A DNA stretch of 64,000 nt, taken from NCBI GenBank assembly GCA_045637165.1, contig JAZTYU010000025.1, positions 5,565 through 69,564 of the forward strand, written 5' to 3'. A program made the position numbers and the translations under genes. The notes beneath the pieces were generated by a model that saw nothing but the letters and a program-made list of their open reading frames with translations, searched no databases and was not told the DNA's origin. Positions within the stretch are counted from its first letter, which is position 1; each line of letters starts with the position of its first letter. This document shows, piece by piece, positions 27,677 through 37,463 of the stretch. Origin of the DNA: Candidatus Enterousia sp. (GTDB lineage: Bacteria > Pseudomonadota > Alphaproteobacteria > Rs-D84).

Positions 27677-27769
27677 AGTTTTCTTTTAAACCCCGACGCA
27701 AATGAGAGAATTATTTTTAGCCCGAGGGTATGCGTCGCAATAGCAAATACTGTTTATAAACATAAAAAC

Positions 27770-28468
27770 ATGGCAAATAAAAATATAAATTTTGACATTA
27801 TCTTTTGTGCGGCATTGGTCTGTGTATCTATTATTATTGGAACACATCAAATGGCCAAGATAGAACAAGAAGCAAAAGAGAAAGAAAAAGCACAGCAACT
27901 GCAAAAACAAAGACTGGATGCCATTCAAAAACACAGAATGGCACAGATAGAAAAATTCGAACAAGAACAAGCAATGTGCGATTCTTTGATTGATATCACG
28001 AACGCAAAAATTGATTCTGTGTATTGGATTATTGATAGCCTGCAATGTGATTGGCGTGAACGGGCCATGGATTCTGTAAAAAACAACAAGCATATTATCG
28101 CACAAAACCAGATTCAACAAAATATAAACAAATTAAATACAACAAATAAATATAACATCGAAAAAGCATATAAATACGCACTGCAAGAATACCCATATAT
28201 AAAAAACATTGAAAATAGTGAGCAGGTTTTTTATACGTTCTTTCATGACAGCAAGGTAAAAAAAATATTTTCAAAATACAAAAGAAACAATCGACGCATT
28301 AAACGATTGCAAGACCAGTATGATGCACTGCCTGATGTTGAAACACTGCAAAAAAGTATAATTGCATATTTTGACAGCACAACAAATGCACAGGTGCGAC
28401 ATCAATACAAACAAATCGATTCGCTGTTGAATAAAAAGAATCAAATTATCACCCAGAAACAGCGATAA
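27770..28468 (+). CDS. Hypothetical membrane-anchored coiled-coil protein (232 aa), orphan
   Basis: ATG 27770. The upstream part of track ORF 27665 overlaps the tRNA. N-terminal TM (IIFCAALVCVSIIIG) followed by a K/E/Q-rich heptad-like sequence. Terminator follows. Confidence 0.6.
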   Translation: MANKNINFDIIFCAALVCVSIIIGTHQMAKIEQEAKEKEKAQQLQKQRLDAIQKHRMAQIEKFEQEQAMCDSLIDITNAKIDSVYWIIDSLQCDWRERAMDSVKNNKHIIAQNQIQQNINKLNTTNKYNIEKAYKYALQEYPYIKNIENSEQVFYTFFHDSKVKKIFSKYKRNNRRIKRLQDQYDALPDVETLQKSIIAYFDSTTNAQVRHQYKQIDSLLNKKNQIITQKQR

Positions 28469-28498
28469 AAAAAAACGCCTGATAATCGGGCGTTTTTT
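28466..28498. terminator. Bidirectional hairpin terminator
   Basis: AAAAAAAACGCC-tgataatcg-GGCGTTTTTT between convergent genes. Confidence 0.6.
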
Positions 28499-28877
28499 AT
28501 TGCAATAAGTTTTTAGCGTTTTCAAGTAGATTTATTGCTAAATCCAAATCAGCAGAATTTATTGTCGAAACCGTATCAACTGTTGGTGCGGCCGTCGGAA
28601 CAGATGCCAGCAATTCATCGGCAGACGTTGGCAAATTACCATCACGAAGTAATTTTTTTACCCCTGCAATTGTCATTCCATGCTTATATAACAAATCACG
28701 AATAACAACCAATCGAGCAACCGTTTCTGTGCGATAATAGCGCCGACCACCTGCCCCTGTGGTTGGACGTATCGCAACTGGGAATTGCTTTTCCCAATAA
28801 CGCAAGGTATGTGCCGGAACATTTAACCGTTTTGAAACTTCATTTATCGACGCAAAGTATTCATTTGTGTTTTCCAT
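28497..28877 (-). CDS. MerR-family transcriptional regulator
   Basis: 126 aa. SINEVSKRLNVPAHTLRYWEKQF...GGRRYY is the MerR HTH signature. Confidence 0.88.
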   Translation of the reverse strand: MENTNEYFASINEVSKRLNVPAHTLRYWEKQFPVAIRPTTGAGGRRYYRTETVARLVVIRDLLYKHGMTIAGVKKLLRDGNLPTSADELLASVPTAAPTVDTVSTINSADLDLAINLLENAKNLLQ

Positions 28878-28896
28878 ACCGGCACCCCTTGTTTAA

Positions 28897-31647
28897 TTAT
28901 TCTGCCGTTTCCTGGGTTTCAACCACAGTTTCTGCCTCTGATGCGGTTTCTGATTCTTCGCCTGCTCCTTCGATTGAAATCGCCGAGACAACACGTTCGT
29001 TTTCAGCCGTGCGGAACAGTGTCACACCAGCAGTCGAACGACCCGCAATACGAACATCACGAACAGGCGTGCGGATAATCTTGCCACCGTCTGTTACCAT
29101 AATAATGTCATGGTCATCAGCAACAGGAAAAGACCCAGCAACAGCGGTATTTTTGCCACCCAGTTTGATATTTGTAAAGCCGCCACCCCCACGGTGTGTC
29201 AGGCGATATTCATACGAACTGGTGCGTTTACCAAATCCATTTTCTGAAATAGTTAAAATGAATTCTTCGTTTGCAGCCATCTGGGCCATCTTGGCATCAT
29301 CCAAGACCAATGTTGTTGTTTCTTCGTCAGCGTCTGCTTCTTCTTCGATTCCTGTTTCTGCACGACGGACAGCACGTGATTGCTTGATATACGCTGCACG
29401 AACAGCACTGTCGATTTCGCCACGGTTCAGCATTGCCATACCAATAATACGATCATCTTTGCCCAATGTTATACCACGAACACCTGTTGAATTGCGACCT
29501 GCAAATACACGGATTTCAGGAACTGGGAATCGAATACTGCGACCACGATATGTTGCCAAGAATACATCTTGATCTTCGGTGCATGGCAATACAGAAATCA
29601 GACTGTCGCCGTCATCCAGTTTCATTGCAATCTTGCCGTTGGCACGAATTGAATCAAAGTCCGACATACGATTACGACGAACTGTGCCAGATGCTGTTGC
29701 AAACATCAAGAAATGTTCTTTACCAGACTCTGCGGCACGGGCTGCGTCTTCTTCGGAAACTGGTAGGATTGCAGTAATCGTTTCGCCAGGTTGCAACGGC
29801 AACAAGTTCACCAATGGCCGTCCCTTGGCGGCAGCCGCAGCCTCTGGCAATTTATAGGTCTTTAATTTATAGCACAAGCCCAAAGAACTAAAGAACAATA
29901 ATGGCGTGTGGGTGTTTGCAACAAACACCTGAACAACATAATCGTCGTCTTTGGTTGCCATTGCATTACGTCCCTTGCCACCACGCTTCTGGGCACGATA
30001 AGTATCCAGTGCAACACGCTTGATATAACCTGTGTTGGATACGGTTACAACCATATCTTCACGGGCAATCAAATCTTCGATATCAATATCAATTTCTGCA
30101 TCTGAAATTTCTGTGCGACGAGGCGATGCCCAATTATCACGAACAGCGATTGTTTCATCACGAATAATCTGAATAATGCGTTCATGACTGCCCAAGATTT
30201 CCAACAAATCACGGATAACCGCACCCAGATTTGTTAAATCATCATGGATTTTGTCACGTTCCAGACCTGTCAAACGATGCAACTGCAATTCGAGAATTGC
30301 ACGTGCCTGGTCTTCGGACATATAGAACATGCCATCTTTGTATTCTGTGTTCGGGTCATCAATCAACTGAATATAAGATTCAATATCCGAGGCACGCCAA
30401 CCACGTGAAATCAGGGCTTCACGGGCAGCCTCTGGATTGACACTGGATTTAATCAATTCAATAACTTCGTCCAGATTTCCAACCGCAACTGACAAGCCCA
30501 ACAATGTGTGTGCACGATTACGTGCCTTGTTCAAATCAAAAATTGTGCGACGACGTATAACCTCGGCCCGGAAGTCAATAAAGGCATCCAAAACACCACG
30601 AACATTGAACAACATTGGACGACCACGATTCAACGCCATCATGTTGACAGGGAAATTTGTCTGCATTTCCGTGTATTGGAACAAGTGATTCAAAACAACA
30701 TCCGCAATCGCATCACGCTTTAATTCAATAACTATACGCAAGCCCTCTTTGGATGACTCATCACGAATTTCAGAAATGCCTTCGATTCTTTTGTCCTTTA
30801 TCAGTTCGGCAATTTTGATAATCATTTGTGCCTTGTTTACCTGATATGGAATTTCATCAACAATAATTGCCTGGTGGTCACGGAAATCTTCGATATGAGT
30901 CTTGGAACGAATAATAATCGAACCACGGCCTGTGGTGTGTGCCTTGTATGCACCAGCATGCCCCATAATCATCGCACCTGTTGGAAAATCTGGTCCAGGA
31001 ATAATAGCAAATAATTCATCGTCTGTTAAATTGCGATTATCCAATACAGCTAAAATACCATTGCAGATTTCACCCAGGTTGTATGTCGGAACGTTAGTCG
31101 CCATACCAACAGCAATACCAGAACCGCCATTTACCAAGAAATTTGGAAATTTAGCCGGCAAGACAACCGGTTCTTGTAAAGAACCATCAAAGTTTGGTTG
31201 CCAGTCAACAGTATCTTTGTCCATATCGTCCATAAGCGACGCACCCAGTTTTGAAAGGCGTGCCTCTGTATAACGCATAGCGGCAGCCTTGTCCCCGTCA
31301 CGTGAACCAAAATTACCCTGCCCTTGGACCAGCATTTCGCCCATCGAAAAGTCCTGCCCCATACGAACCATTGCCTCGTAAATAGAACTGTCACCGTGAG
31401 GATGGTATTTACCCATCACATCACCAACAATACGTGCAGACTTTACCGTCGGCTTGGTCGCAGGTGCAACATCGTTCATAACATACAAAATTCGACGATG
31501 CACAGGCTTACATCCGTCACGGACATCAGGCAACGCACGGTCAACAATAACCGACATTGCATAGTCCAAAAAACTGGTCCGCATTTCATGTTCCAACGAC
31601 GACTGAGGAACACGTGTTTCGTTTACTTCATTGATGTTTTCTGACAT
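28897..31647 (-). CDS. gyrA: DNA gyrase subunit A
   Basis: [38 protein letters not shown] with the active-site Tyr, and C-terminal beta-pinwheel repeats. ATG 31647 with an AGGAAAGG SD; the track start 31707 adds a spurious 20 aa. Confidence 0.97.
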   Translation of the reverse strand: MSENINEVNETRVPQSSLEHEMRTSFLDYAMSVIVDRALPDVRDGCKPVHRRILYVMNDVAPATKPTVKSARIVGDVMGKYHPHGDSSIYEAMVRMGQDFSMGEMLVQGQGNFGSRDGDKAAAMRYTEARLSKLGASLMDDMDKDTVDWQPNFDGSLQEPVVLPAKFPNFLVNGGSGIAVGMATNVPTYNLGEICNGILAVLDNRNLTDDELFAIIPGPDFPTGAMIMGHAGAYKAHTTGRGSIIIRSKTHIEDFRDHQAIIVDEIPYQVNKAQMIIKIAELIKDKRIEGISEIRDESSKEGLRIVIELKRDAIADVVLNHLFQYTEMQTNFPVNMMALNRGRPMLFNVRGVLDAFIDFRAEVIRRRTIFDLNKARNRAHTLLGLSVAVGNLDEVIELIKSSVNPEAAREALISRGWRASDIESYIQLIDDPNTEYKDGMFYMSEDQARAILELQLHRLTGLERDKIHDDLTNLGAVIRDLLEILGSHERIIQIIRDETIAVRDNWASPRRTEISDAEIDIDIEDLIAREDMVVTVSNTGYIKRVALDTYRAQKRGGKGRNAMATKDDDYVVQVFVANTHTPLLFFSSLGLCYKLKTYKLPEAAAAAKGRPLVNLLPLQPGETITAILPVSEEDAARAAESGKEHFLMFATASGTVRRNRMSDFDSIRANGKIAMKLDDGDSLISVLPCTEDQDVFLATYRGRSIRFPVPEIRVFAGRNSTGVRGITLGKDDRIIGMAMLNRGEIDSAVRAAYIKQSRAVRRAETGIEEEADADEETTTLVLDDAKMAQMAANEEFILTISENGFGKRTSSYEYRLTHRGGGGFTNIKLGGKNTAVAGSFPVADDHDIIMVTDGGKIIRTPVRDVRIAGRSTAGVTLFRTAENERVVSAISIEGAGEESETASEAETVVETQETAE

Positions 31648-32227
31648 ACTTACCTTTCCTATGTTTATAGTATACAAAACATAGCAGATTTTAGGGCTTT
31701 TGGTCAAGAAATAAAGCCCAAAAAATCATTTGACAAAACACAGGTTTGTGATACCGTATTCCAGAACAAAAATTTAAGCAAAGAACAATAAAAAATGGGA
31801 CAATTAAAACAAGATTTAATAGAAACAAGACAGTTTGTTCAGGATATGAAAAACTCACCCAAAAACACATATCTAGAAAACGCACAACTGACATGCCAAA
31901 TCTGGACATTAGACAGAATGATTGATGCAATTGACCTTGTCAACAATCTGATTCGGTCCACAAAACAAAAATTAAAGTAGGCAAAACAAGGAATATAATT
32001 TATGTTTTTACCATTTTACAAACTGTTTACAGGCCTGTTTATATACTATTTGACGTTGGAAGCACTAAAAAAATTTGGATTGATAAAATCTAAATAAAAA
32101 GGTTGCGTTTTTATAAAACGTATGGTTAAATATAGGCACAAACGGATTTTTCCAGGGTGTTGATGATGCTGCTCGGTGCACACTGGAACACAAAAAGAAG
32201 AAAGAAAAAGAACCAAGGATTTAAGTT

Positions 32228-32380
32228 ATGGCAACAAAACGCACTTATCAACCATCGAAAACACGTGGTGTTCGCACACACGGTTTCCGTGCAAGAATGG
32301 CAACTGCGGGCGGTCGTGATGTTCTGAACCGTCGTCGTGCAGCAGGTCGTAAACGTTTGGCAGTAAATGCTGCAAACTAA
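32228..32380 (+). CDS. rpmH: 50S ribosomal protein L34
   Basis: 50-aa ORF below the track cutoff. Own translation: [50 protein letters not shown]. Confidence 0.93.
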   Translation: MATKRTYQPSKTRGVRTHGFRARMATAGGRDVLNRRRAAGRKRLAVNAAN

Positions 32381-32395
32381 GACGCACATTGGTTA

Positions 32396-32426
32396 TAAAA
32401 AAAACCGCCGATTGGCGGTTTTTTCA
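32396..32426. terminator. Bidirectional hairpin terminator
   Basis: AAAAACCGCC-gatt-GGCGGTTTTTT. Confidence 0.75.
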
Positions 32427-32440
32427 ATTATATTTATTAC

Positions 32441-33169
32441 CTATATTTCTTCCCAATGACAAATCACAACAGCGTGTTCTGTTTCGCCTGTTCTGATTTT
32501 ATGTTTTGACACCAAACCATCAATCGCAACATCAACGCAAATTTCAGGCGTATCTGGATTTATCTCTTTTTTGAAATTTATGTCTATCTTTTTCAATTTA
32601 TGATTTGTGCGATAAACATAACCAACGCTTTCTGTTGCCCAGACAGCATATACCGCATTATTTATATGCTGATTCACGTCAATATCATCAAAACGACATT
32701 TCATAACATGCGTCTTGGTCGTTTCAAAGTCTGCAAACTTTTCAAATGCACAACCATAGGCACGTGTCGGGACAACAACATCTGGGGACAAATGTTTTGC
32801 CAGCGGTAATGGTCGACGACGTTCAATATCAATCAAAATCCACTGAGAGGTTGCACGAACCATCAAACGACCATCCGCCCCATGAATTTCAAAATCACGT
32901 GTTGCACGCAATGCATCTTGGCATGATGGCCAGGTAGAAAACGTTAACTCTTCGCCTTCGGTTGGCAATTCTATGATATCGACCAAGTAATAGGTCACAA
33001 CCCACCCAAGTCCGTTTTCCAGACAATATGTGCGGCCACACCCCAAAATTTCAGCGTGTCTGTCCGCAATGGATTGCAACTCGTTCATCAATATCAACGG
33101 ACGAACATTTCCAAAGCGGTCGCACTGATACGCTTGAAGAACACGACATTCTATCAACTTATCTGACAT
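32441..33169 (-). CDS. Acyl-ACP thioesterase family protein (double hot-dog)
   Basis: 242 aa. The N-terminal hot-dog resembles the FatA/FatB-type family (..RFGNVRPLILMNELQSIADRHAE...GLGWVVTYYLVDI...). The second half carries DIDVNQHINNAVY. Confidence 0.7.
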   Translation of the reverse strand: MSDKLIECRVLQAYQCDRFGNVRPLILMNELQSIADRHAEILGCGRTYCLENGLGWVVTYYLVDIIELPTEGEELTFSTWPSCQDALRATRDFEIHGADGRLMVRATSQWILIDIERRRPLPLAKHLSPDVVVPTRAYGCAFEKFADFETTKTHVMKCRFDDIDVNQHINNAVYAVWATESVGYVYRTNHKLKKIDINFKKEINPDTPEICVDVAIDGLVSKHKIRTGETEHAVVICHWEEI

Positions 33170-35575
33170 CTACTGCCCCTGAACATTTTGCTGAACAACA
33201 AAATCGATTTCATCGCCCAGAACAATTTCGTTTGCACGTGATGCAGACTTTATCAAGCCATGTAGAACTTCTGGCGTGTTCGCAGGAATTGTCAAAGTTT
33301 CCAGTTTGGCACCGTTGCCTACCTTACGCTCTGTGCGAAGACCACGAACGTTTTTCAAAATATCCAACGCAACATTCATCATAGAAACATCTGTTTCGTA
33401 TTCAGATTTCACAGTTGGATATTCTGTTAAATGCAGGGTTTCGCCACCTTCGGCGTCACGATAAATTTTCTGCCACAGTTCTTCGGTTGTAAACGGAATA
33501 AATGGTGCATACAGACCGATTATATTGCGTAAAACAGTGTATAATGTCCATTGGGCCGACAGTTTTGATTCGCTACTGTATTTTTCAGGCGTCCAGAAAC
33601 GGTCTTTGATAAATTCCAAATACTGGTCGCAGAAAACATCCCAAAAGAACATATCAATTGCAGCACGTGAATTATAGTTGTCGTATTTATCCAAATGCTT
33701 GCGTGTTTCTGCGATTGTTTTGTTCAATTCAGCCAAAACCCATCTGTCTTCGATAAAACGTTCACTAACTGGAATCTGGCGTGCTGTTGCAGGTTCAAAA
33801 TCAGACAAGTTCATCAATGTATATTTTGATGCGTTCCATAATTTTGTCAGCAACTTGGACCCACGTTTTACTTCGTCATCCGAATAACGGATATCTGTGC
33901 CGATTGGTGCAGTCGATATCCAATAACGCAATGCGTCAACACCAAATTTATCAACAGCCGTCAATGGGTCTGTGCCATTGCCTTTGGTCTTGGACATCTT
34001 TTGCCCCTTGGCATCACGAATAAGGCCGTGGAAATTTACCGTCCGGAACGGAACATCGCCCATTACATAAATCCCCATCATAACCATACGTGCGACCCAG
34101 AAGAAAATAATATCTGCGGCTGTGTATAACAAATCTGTCGGATAATATTTTTTCAATTCCAAAGTATCATTTGGCCAGCCCAGGGTCGAGAATGGCCACA
34201 AACCTGATGAAAACCATGTATCCAAAACATCTGAATCACGTGTCAATGTTTTGCCACCAGACTGTTTGATTGCCTCTTCTTCGGTTTCTGCAACATAAAC
34301 CTTGCCTTCTGCGTCATACCAGGCAGGAATATGATGTCCCCACCACAACTGACGTGAAATCGTCCAAGGACGTATCCCCTTCATCCAGGCCATAAACAAG
34401 TTATAACGATGTTCTGGCAAGAATTTGATTTTGCCTTCTTCTACGGCCTTTATCGCAGGAATCGCCAGTTTTTCTGCGTCCACAAACCACTGGTCTGTCA
34501 GATACGGTTCAACAGGAACTTGACCACGTTCAGAATACGGTGTTGGAATAATTTTGTCTTCGATTTTTACCAACAAACCTGCTGCTTCGATATCAGCCAC
34601 GATGGCTTCACGGGCCTTGTATCTGTCCAGGCCACGATATTTTTCAGGAACCACAGGATTGTCATTCATTTTGGCATCTGGGGTCAAAATACATACAGGT
34701 GTCAGGTTATGACGAACGCCAACCTCCCAGTCGTCAAAGTCGTGGGCAGGTGTAATTTTTACAGCACCTGTTCCCTTGTCCGGGTCAGCATGTTCATCAC
34801 CGATAATTGGAATCTGGATATCAGTCAATGGAATAATCGCACGACGACCAATCAAATGTTTTAACTTTTCATTTTCTGGATGAACAGCAATCGCCTGGTC
34901 GCCAAATAATGTTTCAGGACGTGTCGTCGCAATTTCAATCACACCACCATCAACCAGGTTATAGTTAAAGTAATAGAATTTACCCTTTTCGTCACGGGTT
35001 TCAACCTCTAAATCCGATACGGACGTTTGTTGTTTTGGGCACCAGTTTACAAGGCGTTTTTCACGATAAATCAGGCCCTCGTTATACATTTTTACAAACA
35101 GTTTTGTAACTGCATTGGACAAACCTTCGTCCATTGTAAAACGTTCACGATTCCATACAGGCGTTACACCCAATACGTGCAACTGATTCATAATTTGACC
35201 GCCCTTGTCAGCCTTCCACGCCCAGGCACAATCTAATTTTTCTTGCAAAGACAATGAGTGCGGATTTATACCACGCTTTGACAAATCACGTTCGACCAAC
35301 AACTGGGTCGCAATTGATGCATGATCTGTGCCAGGTTGCCACAAAACATCAAAACCAGACATACGTTTATAGCGACAAATAATATCTGTCAAAACGTTAT
35401 TCATCGCATGCCCCATATGTAATGACCCGGTCACATTTGGTGGCGGCATCATAATACAAAATGCAGGCTTGTCCGATTTTACATCGTTATTCCAAAATGT
35501 ATTTTTATCCCAAAATTCTTGGATTTTTATTTCGATTTCACGTGGGTTTATGTTTTTGCCTAGTTCTATGTTCAT
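33170..35575 (-). CDS. valS: Valine--tRNA ligase (short form, no C-terminal coiled coil)
   Basis: 801 aa. PPPNVTGSLHMGH (HIGH) and KMSKTKGN (KMSKS) motifs, and an editing CP1 domain. Confidence 0.95.
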   Translation of the reverse strand: MNIELGKNINPREIEIKIQEFWDKNTFWNNDVKSDKPAFCIMMPPPNVTGSLHMGHAMNNVLTDIICRYKRMSGFDVLWQPGTDHASIATQLLVERDLSKRGINPHSLSLQEKLDCAWAWKADKGGQIMNQLHVLGVTPVWNRERFTMDEGLSNAVTKLFVKMYNEGLIYREKRLVNWCPKQQTSVSDLEVETRDEKGKFYYFNYNLVDGGVIEIATTRPETLFGDQAIAVHPENEKLKHLIGRRAIIPLTDIQIPIIGDEHADPDKGTGAVKITPAHDFDDWEVGVRHNLTPVCILTPDAKMNDNPVVPEKYRGLDRYKAREAIVADIEAAGLLVKIEDKIIPTPYSERGQVPVEPYLTDQWFVDAEKLAIPAIKAVEEGKIKFLPEHRYNLFMAWMKGIRPWTISRQLWWGHHIPAWYDAEGKVYVAETEEEAIKQSGGKTLTRDSDVLDTWFSSGLWPFSTLGWPNDTLELKKYYPTDLLYTAADIIFFWVARMVMMGIYVMGDVPFRTVNFHGLIRDAKGQKMSKTKGNGTDPLTAVDKFGVDALRYWISTAPIGTDIRYSDDEVKRGSKLLTKLWNASKYTLMNLSDFEPATARQIPVSERFIEDRWVLAELNKTIAETRKHLDKYDNYNSRAAIDMFFWDVFCDQYLEFIKDRFWTPEKYSSESKLSAQWTLYTVLRNIIGLYAPFIPFTTEELWQKIYRDAEGGETLHLTEYPTVKSEYETDVSMMNVALDILKNVRGLRTERKVGNGAKLETLTIPANTPEVLHGLIKSASRANEIVLGDEIDFVVQQNVQGQ

Positions 35576-35637
35576 TTTTTGTCCTGTATCTAAAAATATA
35601 ATCTGAGTGAAATCGTATCAGATTTATTTCAAATTTC

Positions 35638-35662
35638 AAGAAAAACGCCCAAATGGGCGTTG
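35638..35662 (-). terminator. Hairpin terminator
   Basis: ACGCCC-aaat-GGGCGT with an A-run upstream on the plus strand. Confidence 0.7.
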
Positions 35663-35663
35663 T

Positions 35664-36188
35664 TTATTTTTCTATTACGGGCTTCCAGTTTGTAGTGTCC
35701 AAATTCTGTAATTCAGACGGCAATTTATTTGCATCCAAGGTATTCCAATTCTGGGTGCGACCAAACGGACCTATTTTGCCACGAACATTTAATTTTTCAG
35801 GTGTTTCCTGCCAGATAACAGACGAATAAACCTTGCCTGATTTTGGGTCCATTATTTTTCCGTCGTTGTATTCGTTGTCGTCGTTGTCCCACTCCATATC
35901 CCAAATAATATCCAGGCCGACCATTTTTGGACTGCCTTTGACTTTTTCTGCAACACGAACTGGATTTGATAACGTCTCAGATATTTTGCCGTCTGTCCCA
36001 TACAGTGCGACAATTCGCCCCGCCAGGTTCATATCATCGCCGTCCTTGTATTCATACAGTGCAACAATTGATTTAGGACTGTTTGTTTCGTCATCAATTG
36101 TCTGGTAAAGACCAACAAAGGGCGTTGCTGCGTTGGCAGTAAATGACAAAAGCAACACCGCAAAAAAACCAAAAAATTTCATATTCAT
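35664..36188 (-). CDS. DUF2147-like secreted protein
   Basis: 174 aa. Signal peptide, then G.Y...DDETN.PKSIV..Y and GKIMDPKSGKVYS...L.VRG patterns typical of DUF2147. Confidence 0.7.
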   Translation of the reverse strand: MNMKFFGFFAVLLLSFTANAATPFVGLYQTIDDETNSPKSIVALYEYKDGDDMNLAGRIVALYGTDGKISETLSNPVRVAEKVKGSPKMVGLDIIWDMEWDNDDNEYNDGKIMDPKSGKVYSSVIWQETPEKLNVRGKIGPFGRTQNWNTLDANKLPSELQNLDTTNWKPVIEK

Positions 36189-36279
36189 AATATTTCCTTT
36201 TTACTTTCGTTGGACATATATTGGAACAGCTAAATTTTAGACAAACGCCTTATGAATTACAATATTTTATTTGCAATAG

Positions 36280-36307
36280 TTGACACACAAGTTTTTTGCA
36301 GTAAAAT
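36280..36307 (+). promoter_or_regulatory. Candidate sigma70 promoter
   Basis: TTGACA, 16-nt spacer, TAAAAT, about 30 nt upstream of the ATG at 36338 (AAAGGA SD). Confidence 0.5.
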
Positions 36308-36337
36308 TTTATAAAAAAAGTCAAAGGAATTTAAATT

Positions 36338-36748
36338 ATGAACGATTATCTGAAAGCGGTCATTATTCGAACAATCAATATGAACGATGTCGTCGCCAGA
36401 CGAAATTGGGGATATACGGATTATTTTGTAAAAAACAATGAAAACACCTTATTGATGCAGTTTACAGAAGGATATGAACTTGGGCGATATGTGTTGTCCG
36501 TTGCCAACTACAGTTTTGAAACACAAATCTCAAAGACAGAACGCCACCCCAAGATACTGCAACCTGTGCAAAAACTTAAGCGTGATTTATTAGATATTCT
36601 GTCAATTCTTAAAAAACGAGAAGAAGCATTACGAGACACAAAAGCTCGTGAAAAAGTAGCAAATATTCAATCCGCAAAAGAAAATATGAATGTAATGGAA
36701 CAAAACATGTTGAATTTGCTGACTGGAAGCAAACAAAAGGTTATATAG
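36338..36748 (+). CDS. Hypothetical protein (136 aa)
   Basis: Good promoter and SD. No recognisable domain. The 3' end overlaps the convergent comF-like gene by 8 nt. Confidence 0.45.
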   Translation: MNDYLKAVIIRTINMNDVVARRNWGYTDYFVKNNENTLLMQFTEGYELGRYVLSVANYSFETQISKTERHPKILQPVQKLKRDLLDILSILKKREEALRDTKAREKVANIQSAKENMNVMEQNMLNLLTGSKQKVI

Positions 36749-37463
36749 TTCGGACAACACGACAAAATGTTACCCCATATACTGCAGCTGCACCGTTTGC
36801 CATCAAAACACGACGTAATTCTGAAAAAGTTGCACCAGTTGTCATAACGTCATCAACTAATAAAATTTTACGACCACGAATCTTGTCAGGACGAACAACT
36901 GAAAATACACCGTGAATATTTTGGACCCGCTGACGTGAATTTTTATGTCCCATATCTGGCCGATATTTTCGACGAACAGAATCAACATCCATACGCACCC
37001 CCAACACACTGGCGATTGGACGGGCCAATAATGCCGCCTGGTTATAACCACGATGAAACAAACGACGGTTTGCCAGTGGCACTGGCATAACAATATCTGC
37101 ATTAACATCAACATCTTGCAATGCCCACATCATTGCCCGTGCCATAAATCGATAATGATTTATTTTTCCACAATGCTTGAACGGTAAAACCACCGCCTTG
37201 GACGCATCATCATAGACACATGCACTGCGAATCCAATCCAGTTCGCATTTGCCCGATGCACAAACCGGGCACATCGGTGCCGTATCAAAATCAATATCAC
37301 ACAGAAACGGATAACCACATTTAACACAATGCGGACCATCAATCCAATTTATTGACGTCCAGCACGTTTCACACAGTTCACCATGTGTTGATACCGGCGT
37401 ATCACATAATGGACACGCCGGTGGAAACAAAAATCCAATTATTTTACGAAACAACCCTACCAC
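36741..37463 (-). CDS. comF: ComF-family phosphoribosyltransferase-domain protein
   Basis: 240 aa. N-terminal Cys-rich zinc-finger region (CPLCD...CETC...CVKCG...CPVC) and a PRTase motif ILLVDDVMTTGAT. Confidence 0.85.
   Translation of the reverse strand: MVGLFRKIIGFLFPPACPLCDTPVSTHGELCETCWTSINWIDGPHCVKCGYPFLCDIDFDTAPMCPVCASGKCELDWIRSACVYDDASKAVVLPFKHCGKINHYRFMARAMMWALQDVDVNADIVMPVPLANRRLFHRGYNQAALLARPIASVLGVRMDVDSVRRKYRPDMGHKNSRQRVQNIHGVFSVVRPDKIRGRKILLVDDVMTTGATFSELRRVLMANGAAAVYGVTFCRVVRTI

Noticed and set aside
25892-27700. Integrated mobile element at tRNA-Gln or tRNA-Glu
   Set aside because: There is no integrase, transposase or phage gene. I could not find a direct repeat of either tRNA 3' end downstream, so there is no evidence for a discrete island boundary.
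28763-29572. 269-aa plus-strand ORF
   Set aside because: It lies almost entirely inside gyrA on the opposite strand, overlapping the merR-family gene start at its 5' end. It is Ser/Ala/Pro-rich shadow-frame translation with no independent signals.
31708-32227. Possible replication origin or small genes between gyrA and rpmH (61-aa ORF 31795-31980 and a 31-codon hydrophobic ORF near 32002)
   Set aside because: I saw no cluster of DnaA-box-like TTATCCACA motifs and there is no dnaA/dnaN nearby. The small ORFs lack convincing SD sequences, so they are left unannotated.
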